64,000 nucleotides of DNA from the human T2T-CHM13v2.0 reference genome, Homo sapiens (GCF_009914755.1 NC_060930.1); one strand, 5' to 3'. Shown: positions 25,905 through 40,232, counted from the stretch's first letter. The notes: a model not told the origin generated them from the letters alone. Translations and numbers: made by a program.

Positions 25905-26092
25905 AAGTTTCTTAGCCTTGGCACTACTGATATTTTGGGCCAGAAAATTCTTCATTATGAGGGGATGTCTTGTGTATTGAGGATGTTTAGCAGCATCCCT
26001 AACCACCACCCACAAGATGCCAATAGAATCCCCCTTCCCTCCAAGACAATCAAAAGCATGTCCAGACATTGTTGTAGACTGTTGAGAACTGT
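25905..26092. mobile_element. MER20-like hAT element
   Basis: ccttggcactactgatattttgggccag...ggatgtttagcagcatccct...tccagacattg...gttgagaac. Confidence 0.75.
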
Positions 26093-26373
26093 TTGCCTAC
26101 AGTAAGAATTTGGAGATCTCAGGGATTGAAGTTGGGCTGCAGTAGGACCCCGGGGAAACTGTCCCAGCTTGTGATCAATACTTACCTAGTTTTGGTTGTG
26201 GCCAAATGACCATGCTGCATGAGTAACAGTCTGTAAGAACCTAATATGTGTGCATAGTGCTTACAATTATAACCAAAAAAAGATTTACAGAAAAGGGACT
26301 CTCACACATAATCAAGCATAGGAGTCCCTAGCTTTTGAAGGGGTTATGATTCAAAAGTATATCTTAGAATCAC

Positions 26374-26455
26374 TAGGTTGAATTATATGAAATTACCATT
26401 TTTGTCAGTCAAAAATGGTTAACACCATCAGCAATTTTATATAACTCAACCTAAT
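26374..26455. mobile_element. MADE2-like mariner MITE (palindromic)
   Basis: taggttgaattatatgaaatt ... aattttatataactcaaccta terminal inverted repeats. Confidence 0.75.
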
Positions 26456-27416
26456 AATTTCTGAAGCAATTGTAGGTTCCCACAAAATCCTATCAAACTT
26501 TCCTATCCTGGCTGCCTCCTTCTCCTAAGGTCCCCAGATAGCATTGGCCTGAACTTTGATTTTCACCAGGAGCAGTCACTGCTTCTGAGGAGGTTTTCTA
26601 TCTCTCTAGGCCCTGTGGAACAACACACACAACCTCAGAGCTTTTCTAAAGCCCTGCTGTCCAAAGAGAAAGATGTCTATTTCCTACATTTCTCTTCAAC
26701 TCTTTTCCTTCATTTGTTTAGATCCTCAAGATAAAGACCAATGGTACATATACAAAAATCCACAGAAGATTCATCTATAGTTTACAACATGACAAAGATT
26801 ACTAGCCAGCTCAGAAAAAAAAAGTTAGAAAACATCAAGGGAAAAACAAGCAAGAAAAAGAAAAGAACTGTATTTACTGGAGGTACAGAATACTATAAAA
26901 TATAGGTAACTAAAGGGATGTATACTTTGAGCAGCAGTGCTCTATGAGAGCAAGGGTTGAGAGAGAAAGAGAGATGAGAGGGGTATCTGTCAATCAATAT
27001 CAACTCTGGACATAATAAGCTGTATAAAAGATGACCAATCTTGGTCTACCATTCCCCCAAGTGTTCTAGAATGACAAATGGTGGCAAAAATCCTGGACTG
27101 AAAAACAGTTTAAACTCCATATTAGGTTAAATTTGAAACTATGGGTCACAGAGGACCCATTATCAAGTAACAGAATGGGGAGCAATAAGCACACAGCAAT
27201 GTTTCTTTAAGTCACAGGTTAATGAAAGCTTCCTTGAATTCTACTGATACCCTCTGGACCTCACTTCCATTTGGTGACATGATGGTCCACTGTTTTCTCT
27301 CTCCAATCCTGGAGAAAAAAAGAGTCCTTCCTCCTTCCTAAGGCCACACCATATTCTGGGCTCTCATTCCTGCAGCAGGCTTTCTTCTGTCTACTCTGTC
27401 ATTATTCTTTAATTCT

Positions 27417-27748
27417 TTTTTTTTTTTTTTTTTCCTTGAGACAGGGTCTCGCTCTGTTGTGCAGGCTGGAGTACGGTGGTACAATCATGGCTCACTGAAG
27501 CCTCAACCTCTTGGGCTCAAGAGATCCTCCGACCTTAGCTTCCAACTGAGTAGCTGGGACCACAGACACATGCCACCACACCTAGCTAATTTTTGTGTTT
27601 TTGTTTGTGTGTTTGTTGTTTGTTTGTTTGTAGAGATGGAGTTTCGCCATGTTGCCCAAGCTGGTCTTGAACTCCTGGGCTCAAGCAATCTGCCTACCTC
27701 AGCCTCCCAAAGTGCTGGGATTATAGGCTTGAGCCACTGCACCTGGCC
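27417..27748 (-). mobile_element. AluJ
   Basis: polyT, gagacagggtctcgctctgt...gaactcctgggctcaagc. Confidence 0.92.
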
Positions 27749-27821
27749 TATCTCTTTATTTCTTTATTCTTTCTATTATACCCTGTCCACTGTATCTTCT
27801 AAGTATATATTTTTTTAAATT

Positions 27822-28051
27822 TTTTTATTTTATTATTATTATACTTTAAGTTTTAGGGTACATGTGCACAACGTGCAGGTTAGTTACATATGTATACATG
27901 TGCCATGCTGGTGTGCTGCACCCATTAACTCGTCATTTAGCATTAGGTATATCTCCTAATGGTATCCCTCCGCCCTCCCCCCACCCCACAACAGTCCCCA
28001 GAGTGTGATGTTCCCCTTCCTGTGTCCATGTGTTCTCATTGTTCAATTCCC
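27822..28051 (-). mobile_element. Short 5'-truncated young L1PA 3' end
   Basis: ttattatactttaagttttagggtacatgtgcacaacgtgcagg...tgttctcattgttcaattccc; tttaaatt on both flanks (possible TSD). Confidence 0.9.
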
Positions 28052-28524
28052 TTTAAATTAGCCTTTTTTTTTGAGGAAAAGGAAACATAAGATCCCTCTC
28101 TTATGCCTGTATTATACTCTAGATTCCCTAATCTCACACCTTCTCTTTGTCTCCATTTCTTCACTCAAGACTTGGGACATCATTATAACCAGCTAGCCTC
28201 TGGAAGCCTCTACCATATGACCATCATCCCCATCATGCTTCCTAATCTCCTCCAGGGTCAGCTGTGTCCTCTAAAATGCCAAAACCAATGGGCACTCTCC
28301 AGTTTCCACCCTATTCTGTGTGTCAATCCTGACCTAGTTTTTAAAAGTCATATTTCCTGGGATTTGGGAAAACCACCCTTTTCTGGCCTTTTTCTTATCT
28401 CTGTCTTTCCTTCTCAGCCTTCATTACTGGCCCTTCCTTCTTCCCCCAATCTCTTAAATAATGGGTGTGCCTAAGATGATTTCCTCAGTCCTCTTCTGTT
28501 CTTAGTCAAGACTCTCTTAGTAAG

Positions 28525-28941
28525 TGATACAGTTTTGATATTTCTTCTCTCCAACTATCATGTTGAAATTTGATCTCCAATGTTGGAGGTCGGGCCTAAT
28601 GGAAGGTGTTTGGGCCTTGCGGGTGGATCACTCGTGAATGGTTTGGTGCTGTCCTCACGGTAATGAGTTAATTCTTTCTCTATTAGTTAATGGGAGATCT
28701 GATTGTTAAAAAGAGCCTGGCATCTCCTCCTCTCTCTTGCTCCCTCTCTTGCCATGTGACATGCCTGCTCCCCCTTTGCCTTCTACCACAAGTAAATGCT
28801 TCCAGAGGTCCCGACCAGAAGCAGGTGCTGGCGCCACACTTCTTGTACAACCTGCAGAACCATGAGTCAAATAAACTTCTTTTCTTTATAAATCATCCAG
28901 CCTCAGGTATTCCTTGATAGTAACACAAAATGGACTAACAC
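28525..28941 (+). mobile_element. MST (MSTB-like) MaLR LTR
   Basis: tgatacagttttgata...catgttgaaatttgatctccaatgttggagg...cagcctcaggtattcc...aaatggactaacaca. Confidence 0.85.
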
Positions 28942-31900
28942 ATTAATCAATCTCTTCCATGCCCATACTTCTAGTAGACCTGGATAGTCTAAGATGGATC
29001 AGTAAGACAAAAATGGAAATCATTACCTTCTTTTCAAACCGACTTTGCCTAGCTCAGATAATGGTACCACCATCCACAAAGGCCCCTTGGCTTTCTAGCT
29101 CAGCATCATCCTTGTCTTCTTTCTTGTTTTCCACGTTCAGTCAACCACCACACCACACAGATACTACCTCCTACAAATCTCTGGAACAGTTTCCCTGCTC
29201 TGTGTTAATAATCTTCGAACTATCTTCTGTGAGGATCACTATCACAATTGCCTCATACCTTTGTTTCCCTGCCATTTTTCTCCTTCTATTTTTAATCAGC
29301 TCTCAAAAGTATAGTTCTAAATACAAATGCGATTATGTCTGATGAAATGAATAGTTTCATACAATCTAGTCCCCTTCAACCTGGGTTTCCCAATACCCTA
29401 AAGCAGTCATTATATGTAAGAAGTTAACTTCTCTTTCATGCATCTGGACTGGCATTAAATACCACCATTGAAAAAATTAAGAAAATATTCACTCAAATCA
29501 TGCTCTGAATTCTATGGTTCAGATGAGGAACATGGGTTGGGAAAGGCTGACACAGACCTCCTGCCACCCACCTTCCATTACTTCCTGCTACTTCTTCACA
29601 TACAACACACAACCTGCTTGCAAACAAGAACCCCCATGCTCTTTCACAACTGTATGTGTTTGCATACGCTATTCCCCTGGCCTGGCATTTTCTTCTTCCA
29701 CCTGTCCATGAGTGGGCTCCAATTCATCCTAGATGCTCATATAATACCTTCTTTGCAAGCTTCCTTGGACCTTGCCAAACAAAGTCCTTTTTGTCACACT
29801 CTGTATACACCTTTATAGCTCATCTCACAATATCATGAAGATTTATTCACATATCTGTGCACTTTACTAGAATGCAAGCTTTGCTTCACCAGCAAAATTC
29901 CTGAAATATAGTGGATATGAAACAAGTCTTTTTTGAGAGAACCATAATAAATGCTCCTTTTTCCTTATCTTAAAAACCTGTAATAGTTGCTCCAAGTCTT
30001 GGAGCTCTGTTATTTTTTAAAAAATCAGAAACTATTTAATATCACATTGACATTAATCACAGTTACAAGAAACCCTAGAACCATGCTGCAATGACTCCAC
30101 TTTTTCAAAAGAACAGATGGAGGGAGAAAGCCATGACAATTATTCTTAAAATGAGTTACAACACCAAGATCTGTGCCTCTTTCCTAGAAGATAACCAACA
30201 AGTAGCAAAAAAGGGAGGAGAATATTCAATATAGGCACAGACCTTGTTAAAATTCTCTTTAAAGAACATACTCCTTTATGGATCTAAGTTCCTGTTAGAA
30301 AAAGAAGCAAAACTTGTCCCTCAGTGTCTAAACAAGACAAGAATTATGATTGGATACCACAGTCCCAGTATTTATGCTTTAAGAAAGTTAAAGGAATGGT
30401 CAGAATATACCCCATGTTAACACAGTTGCCAGGTCACACCCTCAGAGTATAATTGCTGGCTGGGGAAAACTCCCTCTGTGCCACCCATAAATATAGCAAC
30501 ACCTGACAGTTCAGGGGTCCAGGCCTCCTTCCATAATGGAAAAAATCCTGCTTCTGGCAAAAAGCTAGAAGTAGCAGGAACAATGCCTGCTGTGTTGTTT
30601 GGCACAGACTAAGAGAGAAAAATAAGGAAATAATAAATACTTCGGCTTTCCTTGTCAGAAAACATCCATCCCATTGTCATTAAAAATAATTAAAGTTAGG
30701 AAAACATAAGAATAATCACTAATTTCAGCAGGTTGTAAGACTATAACACACTGTTTAATTTCTTCTTTAATAATTCTATGGGGCAAAACTAGGGTATGAA
30801 CCTCTGTTATCTTTGACCCTTGCCTTTTCCTATGTTGACACCATACTAAGTGGTATGAACTTCTTCATGTCTTCAACTCTAACCTTTTCCCTATAACCAC
30901 CTCCTACCAACCTTGCAGAACCTGCTTCGGGACTTCTAAGACAGTCTATCAAGTAGATCTCCCATCTCTCCAATCCTTTGTGCATTAAACAAAACTGAGG
31001 TTCTCAAAACAACTCTTTGAGCTGATCATTCTTTTGCTCCAGATAATTTCAATAGCCAATCACCTACAAAGAAAATCCAGTCATCTTTATCTCACATTCA
31101 ACGCTCTACCGAATGCATTCCCATATCTGTGCTTCCATCTTTTTAAAAAAATAGGTCTTTTTTTTTCACCTTTAACATATTACCCAATTGACTTACCTTT
31201 TTGTTTATTTCTTTTTGATTCTCTTATCCTTACCTCACATGTAAGCTCTACAAGGAAAGCATTTTCAGCTGTTTGGTTCATTAAGGTACCCCAAGCGTCT
31301 AGACCAGTAGATGCACAGTAGACACTGATTAAATGTTTGTTGTGAACCTGGAACATACTCTGCTTTTACCTCAGTTGCTTAAATTCTAGCCTTCCTTAAT
31401 ATCCCACAATCAACACTGTTTTTTGTTTTTTCTTGTCTTTTACTTGAGTTCTTCCTGCACCGGGCCTGCAAAACATACGAAATTAGATGAACCCTCACAG
31501 GTAATAGTTGGTTACTCAGTTAAGCACTATTTTGGTGACATGGAATGCTCATCTGAATAAGCTGATAATATTTATATAACTCTCAATAAAATTCACTACT
31601 TAGTTTTTTAAGAGTTACTGGCTACAGAGGTATTTAACAACAAATCAAGGGTAGAGTGTAAGGAGTTTTATTCAAATTTAAACATTAAGGAAGAGTCTCT
31701 TTTGTTCAAAGCACTTATAAAGATTTGTGCTTTAAACTGTGGCTAGTAGGTCTTTGGTGACTAATTCAGCTAATAAATTACTGAAATTTAGGGCCCAATT
31801 TGGGCCCAGGCCACTATATGGGAAAATAATCACTTTCATACTTTTATATTATCTAGTGCTTTAGGTGGCTCAGCTAAATTTCAAGTGTAATACACAGCAG

Positions 31901-33626
31901 CTTAAACATCTTTTATGCCAATGATTATATCCATTTGGATTAACAGAATGATTCAATGGATGACACTAAATTTACCAATTCTAATTTCAATTAGTAGACC
32001 ATAATCAAACTTTTCTTTACTGCTGTTTCCCATGAGAGTACAACTGAGGAAGGACAAGATGAATGCCAACTTCTATAAAGCCTATTAGGAAAAAAGAGAG
32101 GCACTGTTACCAGTGTGTTAACTGTACACTCTTGCTAATTAACAATAATGCCTTTTTGTGTTGATGGGCCTGAAAGTTATGCTACTTAGGTTTTGGTTTT
32201 CTTGGATAATAATTTTTATATAAAAATGTAAGTCCTTCATAAAGCTCAAGTTTATTAAGTTTTGGTACTGAGAAATGGACATAATACAGGACTTAACATG
32301 ACTTATTTGATTACAGTTAGCCAGGTACCCTATGCTTCATGCAACCTAGCTGTTAACCCTTTAGCCTGCTGATAATCTCATACTTGGGTTTGATGAGTTC
32401 TTGTAATATAGATAGAGTGAGGTGTTCAGGAGGATTTGTGGTAAAATATCAGTCACTTCAAATGAACTTATGCTTACTGTATGGTTTTAGTTATTCTTAC
32501 CTAATACGGCGAAAATGAAAATATTGTTTTAAGAAAAAATTGGCAGCAAATTATTTCATGTCCTTCAGGATATAAGAATAATAATATCCTACATGGGCCA
32601 TATGTTTGTGATGAAATTCACCTGAAATTCAACTAAAATATAAGTGGTTTAGAATTTCTAAACTATACTTGTATCACGGTGTGTCCAAGAACTTAAAAAT
32701 AATTAATAATATGATTTTCTTTTTACATATATTCCTTTTTCTCCCTCTCCAGTGTAAGCTCATCTCGGGCAGAGGCCACTTCACTCATTCACTTATCCAG
32801 ATATTTGGGAAGGCCATTATAAACCCTTTGAAAGTTTGGCTGAGTGAAATGGGGGTTACTAGCATAGCAGTGCCATGGCTGGAAATATGTTTGAAAGGAT
32901 TACTCCAACTACTGTGTTAAGAGTACTTTGTTGGGAACGGGAGAAGGACAGAAGCAGAATCAGGCAGCCATCACAGTCGTCCTGGTAAGAGATGATGAAA
33001 ACTGGGACTAGCAGGGGCAGAGGAGATTGTAGGATTTATATTTATTTTGTAGACAGGTAGAGCCAACTAATTTTCCTGACTGACTGAAGGAAATGGGGGT
33101 AGGAGAGAAATAAAGGAGTCAAGCAACTTCAAAATTTTGGCTTGAGCAACTGAATAGATGCAGTTGTTATCTACCGAGAGGTGGATGACTGAGATAAGAT
33201 AGGTTGAGGGACGTGGAAGACACGGGTTCAATCCTGGATGTGTTGAGCGTGAGATATCTAAAAATATTTTCAAACCCATGGAGGTTGACTCCATTATGGG
33301 CCAAGATTAAAATATAGGTTTCTCTGGTCTCTTATCTCTCCCCCTTACATTTCATATATGACCCCATAGCCTCTGCATCAGAATTTCCTTTCAAATCTAG
33401 TCTCTCCATTTTATTCCCTTGGTTATTTCCTTATTCAGGCTCTTATTCTCACTTGACTCACCCTAATATCTTTTTATCTAGTCTCCTTTTGCTCTAATGA
33501 AGCCATCTTCTACATAACCAGTGTATATTTGTAAAACATAAAAGTAATAATGGAACTCTACTGTTTGAAACTCTGCATTGGCTTCTCACTGCTTAATAAA
33601 ATAAAACTTAGGGCTGACATCAGTGA

Positions 33627-34010
<384 letters not shown>

Positions 34011-37000
34011 AACATCACCATTTCTAAAAAGCCTTTCCTGACTATCTTCAGGCAAAATTTGCCATTTCCACTTCTGTGCTTTCAAAATATATCAGTCATA
34101 CCACCACGATAGCACTTATAATGGCATGTTATTATTAGTTTGCTTATATGTCTCTGCTATAAGGCTCCCACTAGAGGCTGCCGTGTCTTTTCTGTTTTCC
34201 TACATCATCTCACTAAGTGGTAAGTTCGTGCAAGACCCTCTGCTTACCTATACCCCCAACCCCCAGTGAAATTAAGTGTTGCTTAGAAGTAGCAAGGGTG
34301 TCTATGCTCTAAGATCTTTCGCCATCAGGTGTGCCACCCATCATGGCTCAGAGTGGGGCTTAGGAAACCTTCTGCTATCCCATCTGCAACATTAGGGACA
34401 AAGACATTTAGGACCACCCAAAGAAAGGGAAGCTGGTGGCAGGCCAAAACAGCTTGATAACAGAGCAGCCATTATGATTCGTGAACTGTCAGCTATCTCT
34501 TTATACTTGAGTATACTGAGGTCTTTATAACATGTCTATGAGACTACATAGCACAGTTTTCAAACTGTCATCCAATTAATCCCTCAAAATTAAAAATTCT
34601 GTTTTTGTTTTCATAACAAATTATAAAATCATAAAAGCAAGAAAACTAACACCTAGGAGAATATACTATGGTCTCTAGTAAAAATTAGTTGAATATAGCT
34701 ATGACAAATGAAATTTAATATATTTTACTCATACAAAAAAAGGTAAAAAGTGGTAGACTACTAGTAAAAATGAACACAAGATAAGCACTAAAAATGAAAA
34801 CCTCCAAATAACTTTGAGATAAATATAAAAATACCTAGTAAAAATTAATTCAAATTCAGTATGATGGTGCTCCCTTCATTCCATAATCTAAGTACAAAAA
34901 TCAAAAGAGAAGACAGTAAAGAAAAGAATGAGGACACGCATTTAGAAAAAAATTCATTAAATAATTTTTGACATCACTCCTCAAAGATTGTGAATATGGT
35001 AATATCCTTATAATTTTCTATTAATCCATGCCAAAAATTTGTTTCCAAACATTTTATTTCTTCATGTTAGCAGTCTTGCATTCCTTTCTTTTCTATCTTA
35101 CACATTCTATTTTGACATTTAACTCTTTACCTTTTTCTCAAGATATAAAATTTCATCTTAAGTATATTACTATAATTGTCTCATTTTTTCCTTTTATTTC
35201 CTTTCTATTTCTCATCATTTACTTTTTCTCATTTTATAAATTAAAACATTTTTACTAATCTTGATTTTTTCCTATTCGACCCTTTTGCTGAACAATGAGT
35301 TAAAATCTTGTTTGCATTTTTGTTGAATATAAAAATCCTCTCAAGTAAATTTGTATAAACACAGGATAAAAGTGAGCATCACATTTGAGAGTTTTCCTAA
35401 TGATTATGGTTACGAAAGCAATAACTTAATTTGAATATTTGAATTTTTTTCAGGGAATACTTACTAATACTACTATGATGAACAAATCTCTTCTTGAGAA
35501 ATAAATAATACTGTGATCCAAAACAAATGTAACATATTTCTGAAGTATTTCTCCTTTAGCACAACTTTTTAAAAGACTTGTGATCTCCTCATACTTTGGT
35601 TGTATGACTCAAAAGATGCTGGAACATACTTTCAGATCTCAAAATTAGGAAGCACTTGTTGAAAGAAGGTTTGTAGGTCTACGAAAACAATGCAGCTCAG
35701 TTACACATTAATAAGAAAATACTCAACTCTCTGCTAAAGCAACAGATACATTGAACAAGCGTTTTGTTTGGTTGGTTATATCCATTTTGACTAACGTACC
35801 TCTAAAGAAAGAGAAAGCCTACTAAAATCGGATGCATTTCCATAGGAATAAATTTTGAAACAGGAATAATGAATCTTTAGCTCACAAGAGAGAGGTAAGT
35901 CTTATAATGGGCAATTTCTGCTTGTATATCTCATGCTCTAGGACCTTTCAATTTTTAACTCTTCACATATAAGAAAAATGAGATGGGCAGTATTAGATTA
36001 GCTCCTATACTAAATAGCAGTCTAAAAATTATTACTTAATTAGTGTAAGAAAGGCATATTTTTAAGGACTTTCAAAAAATATAAGGAAAATTAGTTAAAC
36101 TACACTATAACACCATTTTAGATAAGATATGCAAAATTTGGTATACATAATCACACTATGATGTAGAAATTGCTAATATTGAATTTCTTATGCATTTCAA
36201 GTCTAATGCTTTGCTACTGATGAAGTTTAACTCAAAAATGGTACCTCTAAGTCAAGGTAGACATTTGCCCTTTTCACACTCTTAAATAGAGCCTGGCTAA
36301 TTGTAGCAATTTTAGGAAATACATAACAACACATATGAAATGTTTAAAAATAAGATAGCTCTTAATGATGACCTACTTAAGATTTTGACAAGCTCTATGA
36401 ATTATAACCTCCCTAAAATTATATTGTACCTGGTAAATTAGTTTATTAAATGTTATAAATTCTTAACCACAATTACATAGCTTACTGTTAGCTATAAGGA
36501 CTAAACTCTTAAATGTAAAATTTAAAATGATTAAATTATCCACTAACAGTTCTTCAAAACATCTTCAATCCAAACAATGAATATCAGTAACCTTATTTAC
36601 TAACTAAATTCTGTTATATGGTTCTACTCAGTCTTGTCTGCCTTTTCATTAGTACTAAAATGGTCAAAGTCCAAATATATTTCACTGTTAGTATATACAA
36701 TGTATATCGAGATTCACCACAACTACTGATGGTCATTTTCTAATTAACTTCCCTACTAGATCAACTCTTTTTCTAAATATTTTACAAATTGTTCCTCAAT
36801 GGCAATTTATTAGTGCTCAATGCAAATATATTTAGTGTCTCCTTGTTGGCATTTACGTCTTCAGCTCCAACCTAAGAATAGTATACGATGCTGACCACGA
36901 AGAACCCAGGCCCAATAATAAAGTCACTCCATATATGTTTTTCTTTATTGCTTTCCATGTATCTGAAATACTTCAATGGACAACCACCATTATTTTCTTA

Positions 37001-37492
37001 AAGAAGCAATAATCTTCGTTAACAAAAACCTAAATATTTGAAAAGTGTAAAGTAATATCTAAAAAATGCTAAGTCCAAACCTATCAAGTCTCAACAATCT
37101 ATACTAATAAAGGAAAGCCATAACAGACACTCCAAAGTCATTTTTATTTGATTTTAGGAGATGATTTTAATAAAGTATAAGTTATATTTTGATAATTACA
37201 ACATTTATCAACAAATAAATTATGAAACAGTACAGTGAAGGCATAATTGCCCCATTCTGTACTCTTATCTTCCTAGAATAAACTATCATCTCTCAAGCAG
37301 ATGTCAGAGATAAGCCCAGAGCAGCTGAGAGTGAGCTCTTTGTACATATCTATTCTGCTTACAGTATTGAAAGATACCTATGAAAAGAACTATTAGATTC
37401 TGAAAGGCTCTTTCCTCTAATAACGATAATTTATAGAGTAATTAAAGATTGAAGTTTGTTGTTGCTGTTACTGCCATTTTTAACAAATGTAC

Positions 37493-37773
<281 letters not shown>

Positions 37774-38184
37774 CTATTTAAATGTTACCATAACCCCATG
37801 ATGCCTTATAAAAGAGGAGATTGAGGTCTAAAGAAATTAAATTAATGTAGCTAAGATCACAGGCAGAAAGCAGCAGAGCCTGGAATTACACTAAGCACTC
37901 TGATCACAAATCAGTGCCCTTTCTGCTGTACCTTCCACCACCCCCAAGGTCCTTAATTAACAAGCATGTTAAAATAAATGCTTCAGTAGCAAATCATCAA
38001 AAGACATAACTAATGAGGGGTGAGACTGGCTCAAGGACAGTCATTTGAACCCACCCCCTTCCACTTTTTTCCCTACTAGCTAGAGATGGGCCTTCACAGA
38101 GCTTTACCCATCTAGTTAATTAGCTATCTTTGGATCTCACCCCATTTTTCCTTCCCAAAACAATCATATGGTCATGTGGTGTGT

Positions 38185-38294
38185 TTTTGTTTTTTGTTTT
38201 TGAGACAGGGTCTCACTATGTTGCCCATGCTGGGTTTTAAACTACTAGGCTCCCTGTAGCTGGGATTACAAATGTGTACCACCACATTGGGCCT
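38185..38294 (-). mobile_element. Alu monomer fragment (FLAM-like)
   Basis: gagacagggtctcactatgttgccc...gggattaca. Confidence 0.7.
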
Positions 38295-38369
38295 GATGTT
38301 TTAACTGTTTTTGTTTTTGCTTTTGATTATTGCTACCTGTGACACTAGAGACAGAGAACAAACAAAAAT

Positions 38370-38590
38370 CACTATGTAAAAGAAAAAAGCATAAGTCTTG
38401 CAGTTAGGACCGCTGAAGAAATCCTGACTCCTCCCCTCATTAGGCGTGGGACCTTGGATAAATTCCTTAACCTCCTTGGGCATTGTTTTCCTCCTCTGTA
38501 AACTGGGAATAAGAGTATTTAACTAATGGGCTTTGTGAAGATGAAGTCAATCAGTCACATACATGGGCCAGGCACAGTAAGTGCTCCACA
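38370..38590 (+). mobile_element. MIR
   Basis: accttggataaattccttaacctc...tcctctgtaaactgggaataa...ggcacagtaagtgctc. Confidence 0.75.
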
Positions 38591-40232
38591 CATCGGCCTC
38601 TCCTTCACTCTAAAGAGCGCCTTTATTTTTTCTTCACTTGAATCTTGTAGTGAATGAGAGACTGCTAATGTATCATACATCAAACAATTGAATAAAAAAT
38701 TATTTTAAATTGAAAAAGAAACTATAATCATGTAGGTACCTAAGTGGCAACTCAAAGAAAATTTCTTGGGTACTAATATGCTTTGCATTAGATATATTTT
38801 AAGGCAACTGATTAATATCAGACGCGATGCTGGAAGAAAGTTTAAATATTAAATGCAAAATTCAAAATGTCTTTTCCCTGTCTCACAATAGCTATAACTG
38901 TCTCCACTAATGCAAAATGTAAAATCAAGAACAACTACCTTTTGCTATCAAGCAGAGAGGAAGAACTTCTCCCTAGGGCATAACAATACAAATCACTGAA
39001 TTACTAGCTTATAAAGATAAGGCCACTGGCAGATGAATCCCAGCTTGGAACCATCCATGCTGAATGCCATTTCTGGGTCTATGTAAATCTAGTGAGCAGC
39101 TTGCTTTAGTATCCAGCATGGATAAATTGCCTAGACTAGGGATAGCAAGTCTATTTCATCTTAAGTGTCAACACTGATTGACAGTGACAATCTAAAGCAC
39201 TGTATATGGATGCATTTTGAGGCAAAATCAAAGCTTTGCAGAAAAGAGTGCCAGGATTAATCTGCAATGTCTACCAAGAATGGAGGAATATGCAGTGAGT
39301 CCACTGACATAAAAGAAGTATTTTTAAGTTACAGATGAAAAAACTATAATCTAATTTCCTTTTCCATGGGCATGATAGAATGAATGCTGTGTATTCACAT
39401 CCCATTTCCTTCTGCTCCTGGACTCACAACTAGGCTTCATCTCCAGCATTTCCTGCATTTGGATGAGGCCATTAATAGATTTCTTGCCAATGGAATACAG
39501 GTAGAAATGATATTTAGGCCTGGACCTACATCTTCTCTTGCAATACTCCCCTTTTTGTCTGTCTCCCTCTGTCAGCCAGATGCATAGATGACAGTGGAGG
39601 ACTCTGAAGCTCTAGATGACAGAATTTCTAGAAAGGAGGAGCCATCCATGGCAGACCATGATACGAGCAAAAAATTAAGCTTGTAGCATGCCACTAGCTC
39701 CTGGTATTCCCAACAATGTAGTTCTGGTTGAGACTGACAATCATAATATCGTGCCATATACATGGGTCAACCATGACCTGTGCTAAGCAAATCAGAATTC
39801 TTCCCTATGATTTTGGAAAACTCTCTCTCTAGGAAGAGAACCCATTTCTCTCTGTGAGGCTATGATAATGTGAACCTGGGAGCTTTAGTTCAGAATCACT
39901 GAAAAAGTCTTCAAGAATGGAATAGGTACTTCACTACTAATGTGTGAAACAGAAACAAGCGAAACAGGGGGTGGAGGAAGAATCCTGAACAAGCACTAGA
40001 GAGGTCAAGCTTCACCCCTGCCTTTTCCTCATATTGGTTACAAGGGCCAAAATGCTTCTCTTTTTGCCAAAACTATTTTGATCTATGGTCCTGTAACCTG
40101 CCAACACAACAGTCATGACTAATACGGGTATAAATTAGAAAACAAAAATCTTTCAACTGACAGACAATATTTTGACATATATTCTTCCAAAATTATGGGC
40201 GTACACATACTTTAAAAAAACGAAAACTGTGG

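Noticed and set aside
26178-26187. ATACTTACCT resembling the U1 snRNA 5' end, as a possible U1 pseudogene
   Set aside because: No continuation into the U1 body; better read as a minus-strand 5' splice site
31791-31807. Short palindromes gggcccaa-t-ttgggccc and gaagtttcc-caa-ggaaacttc (61879-61899)
   Set aside because: 8-9-bp arms are expected by chance in 64 kb
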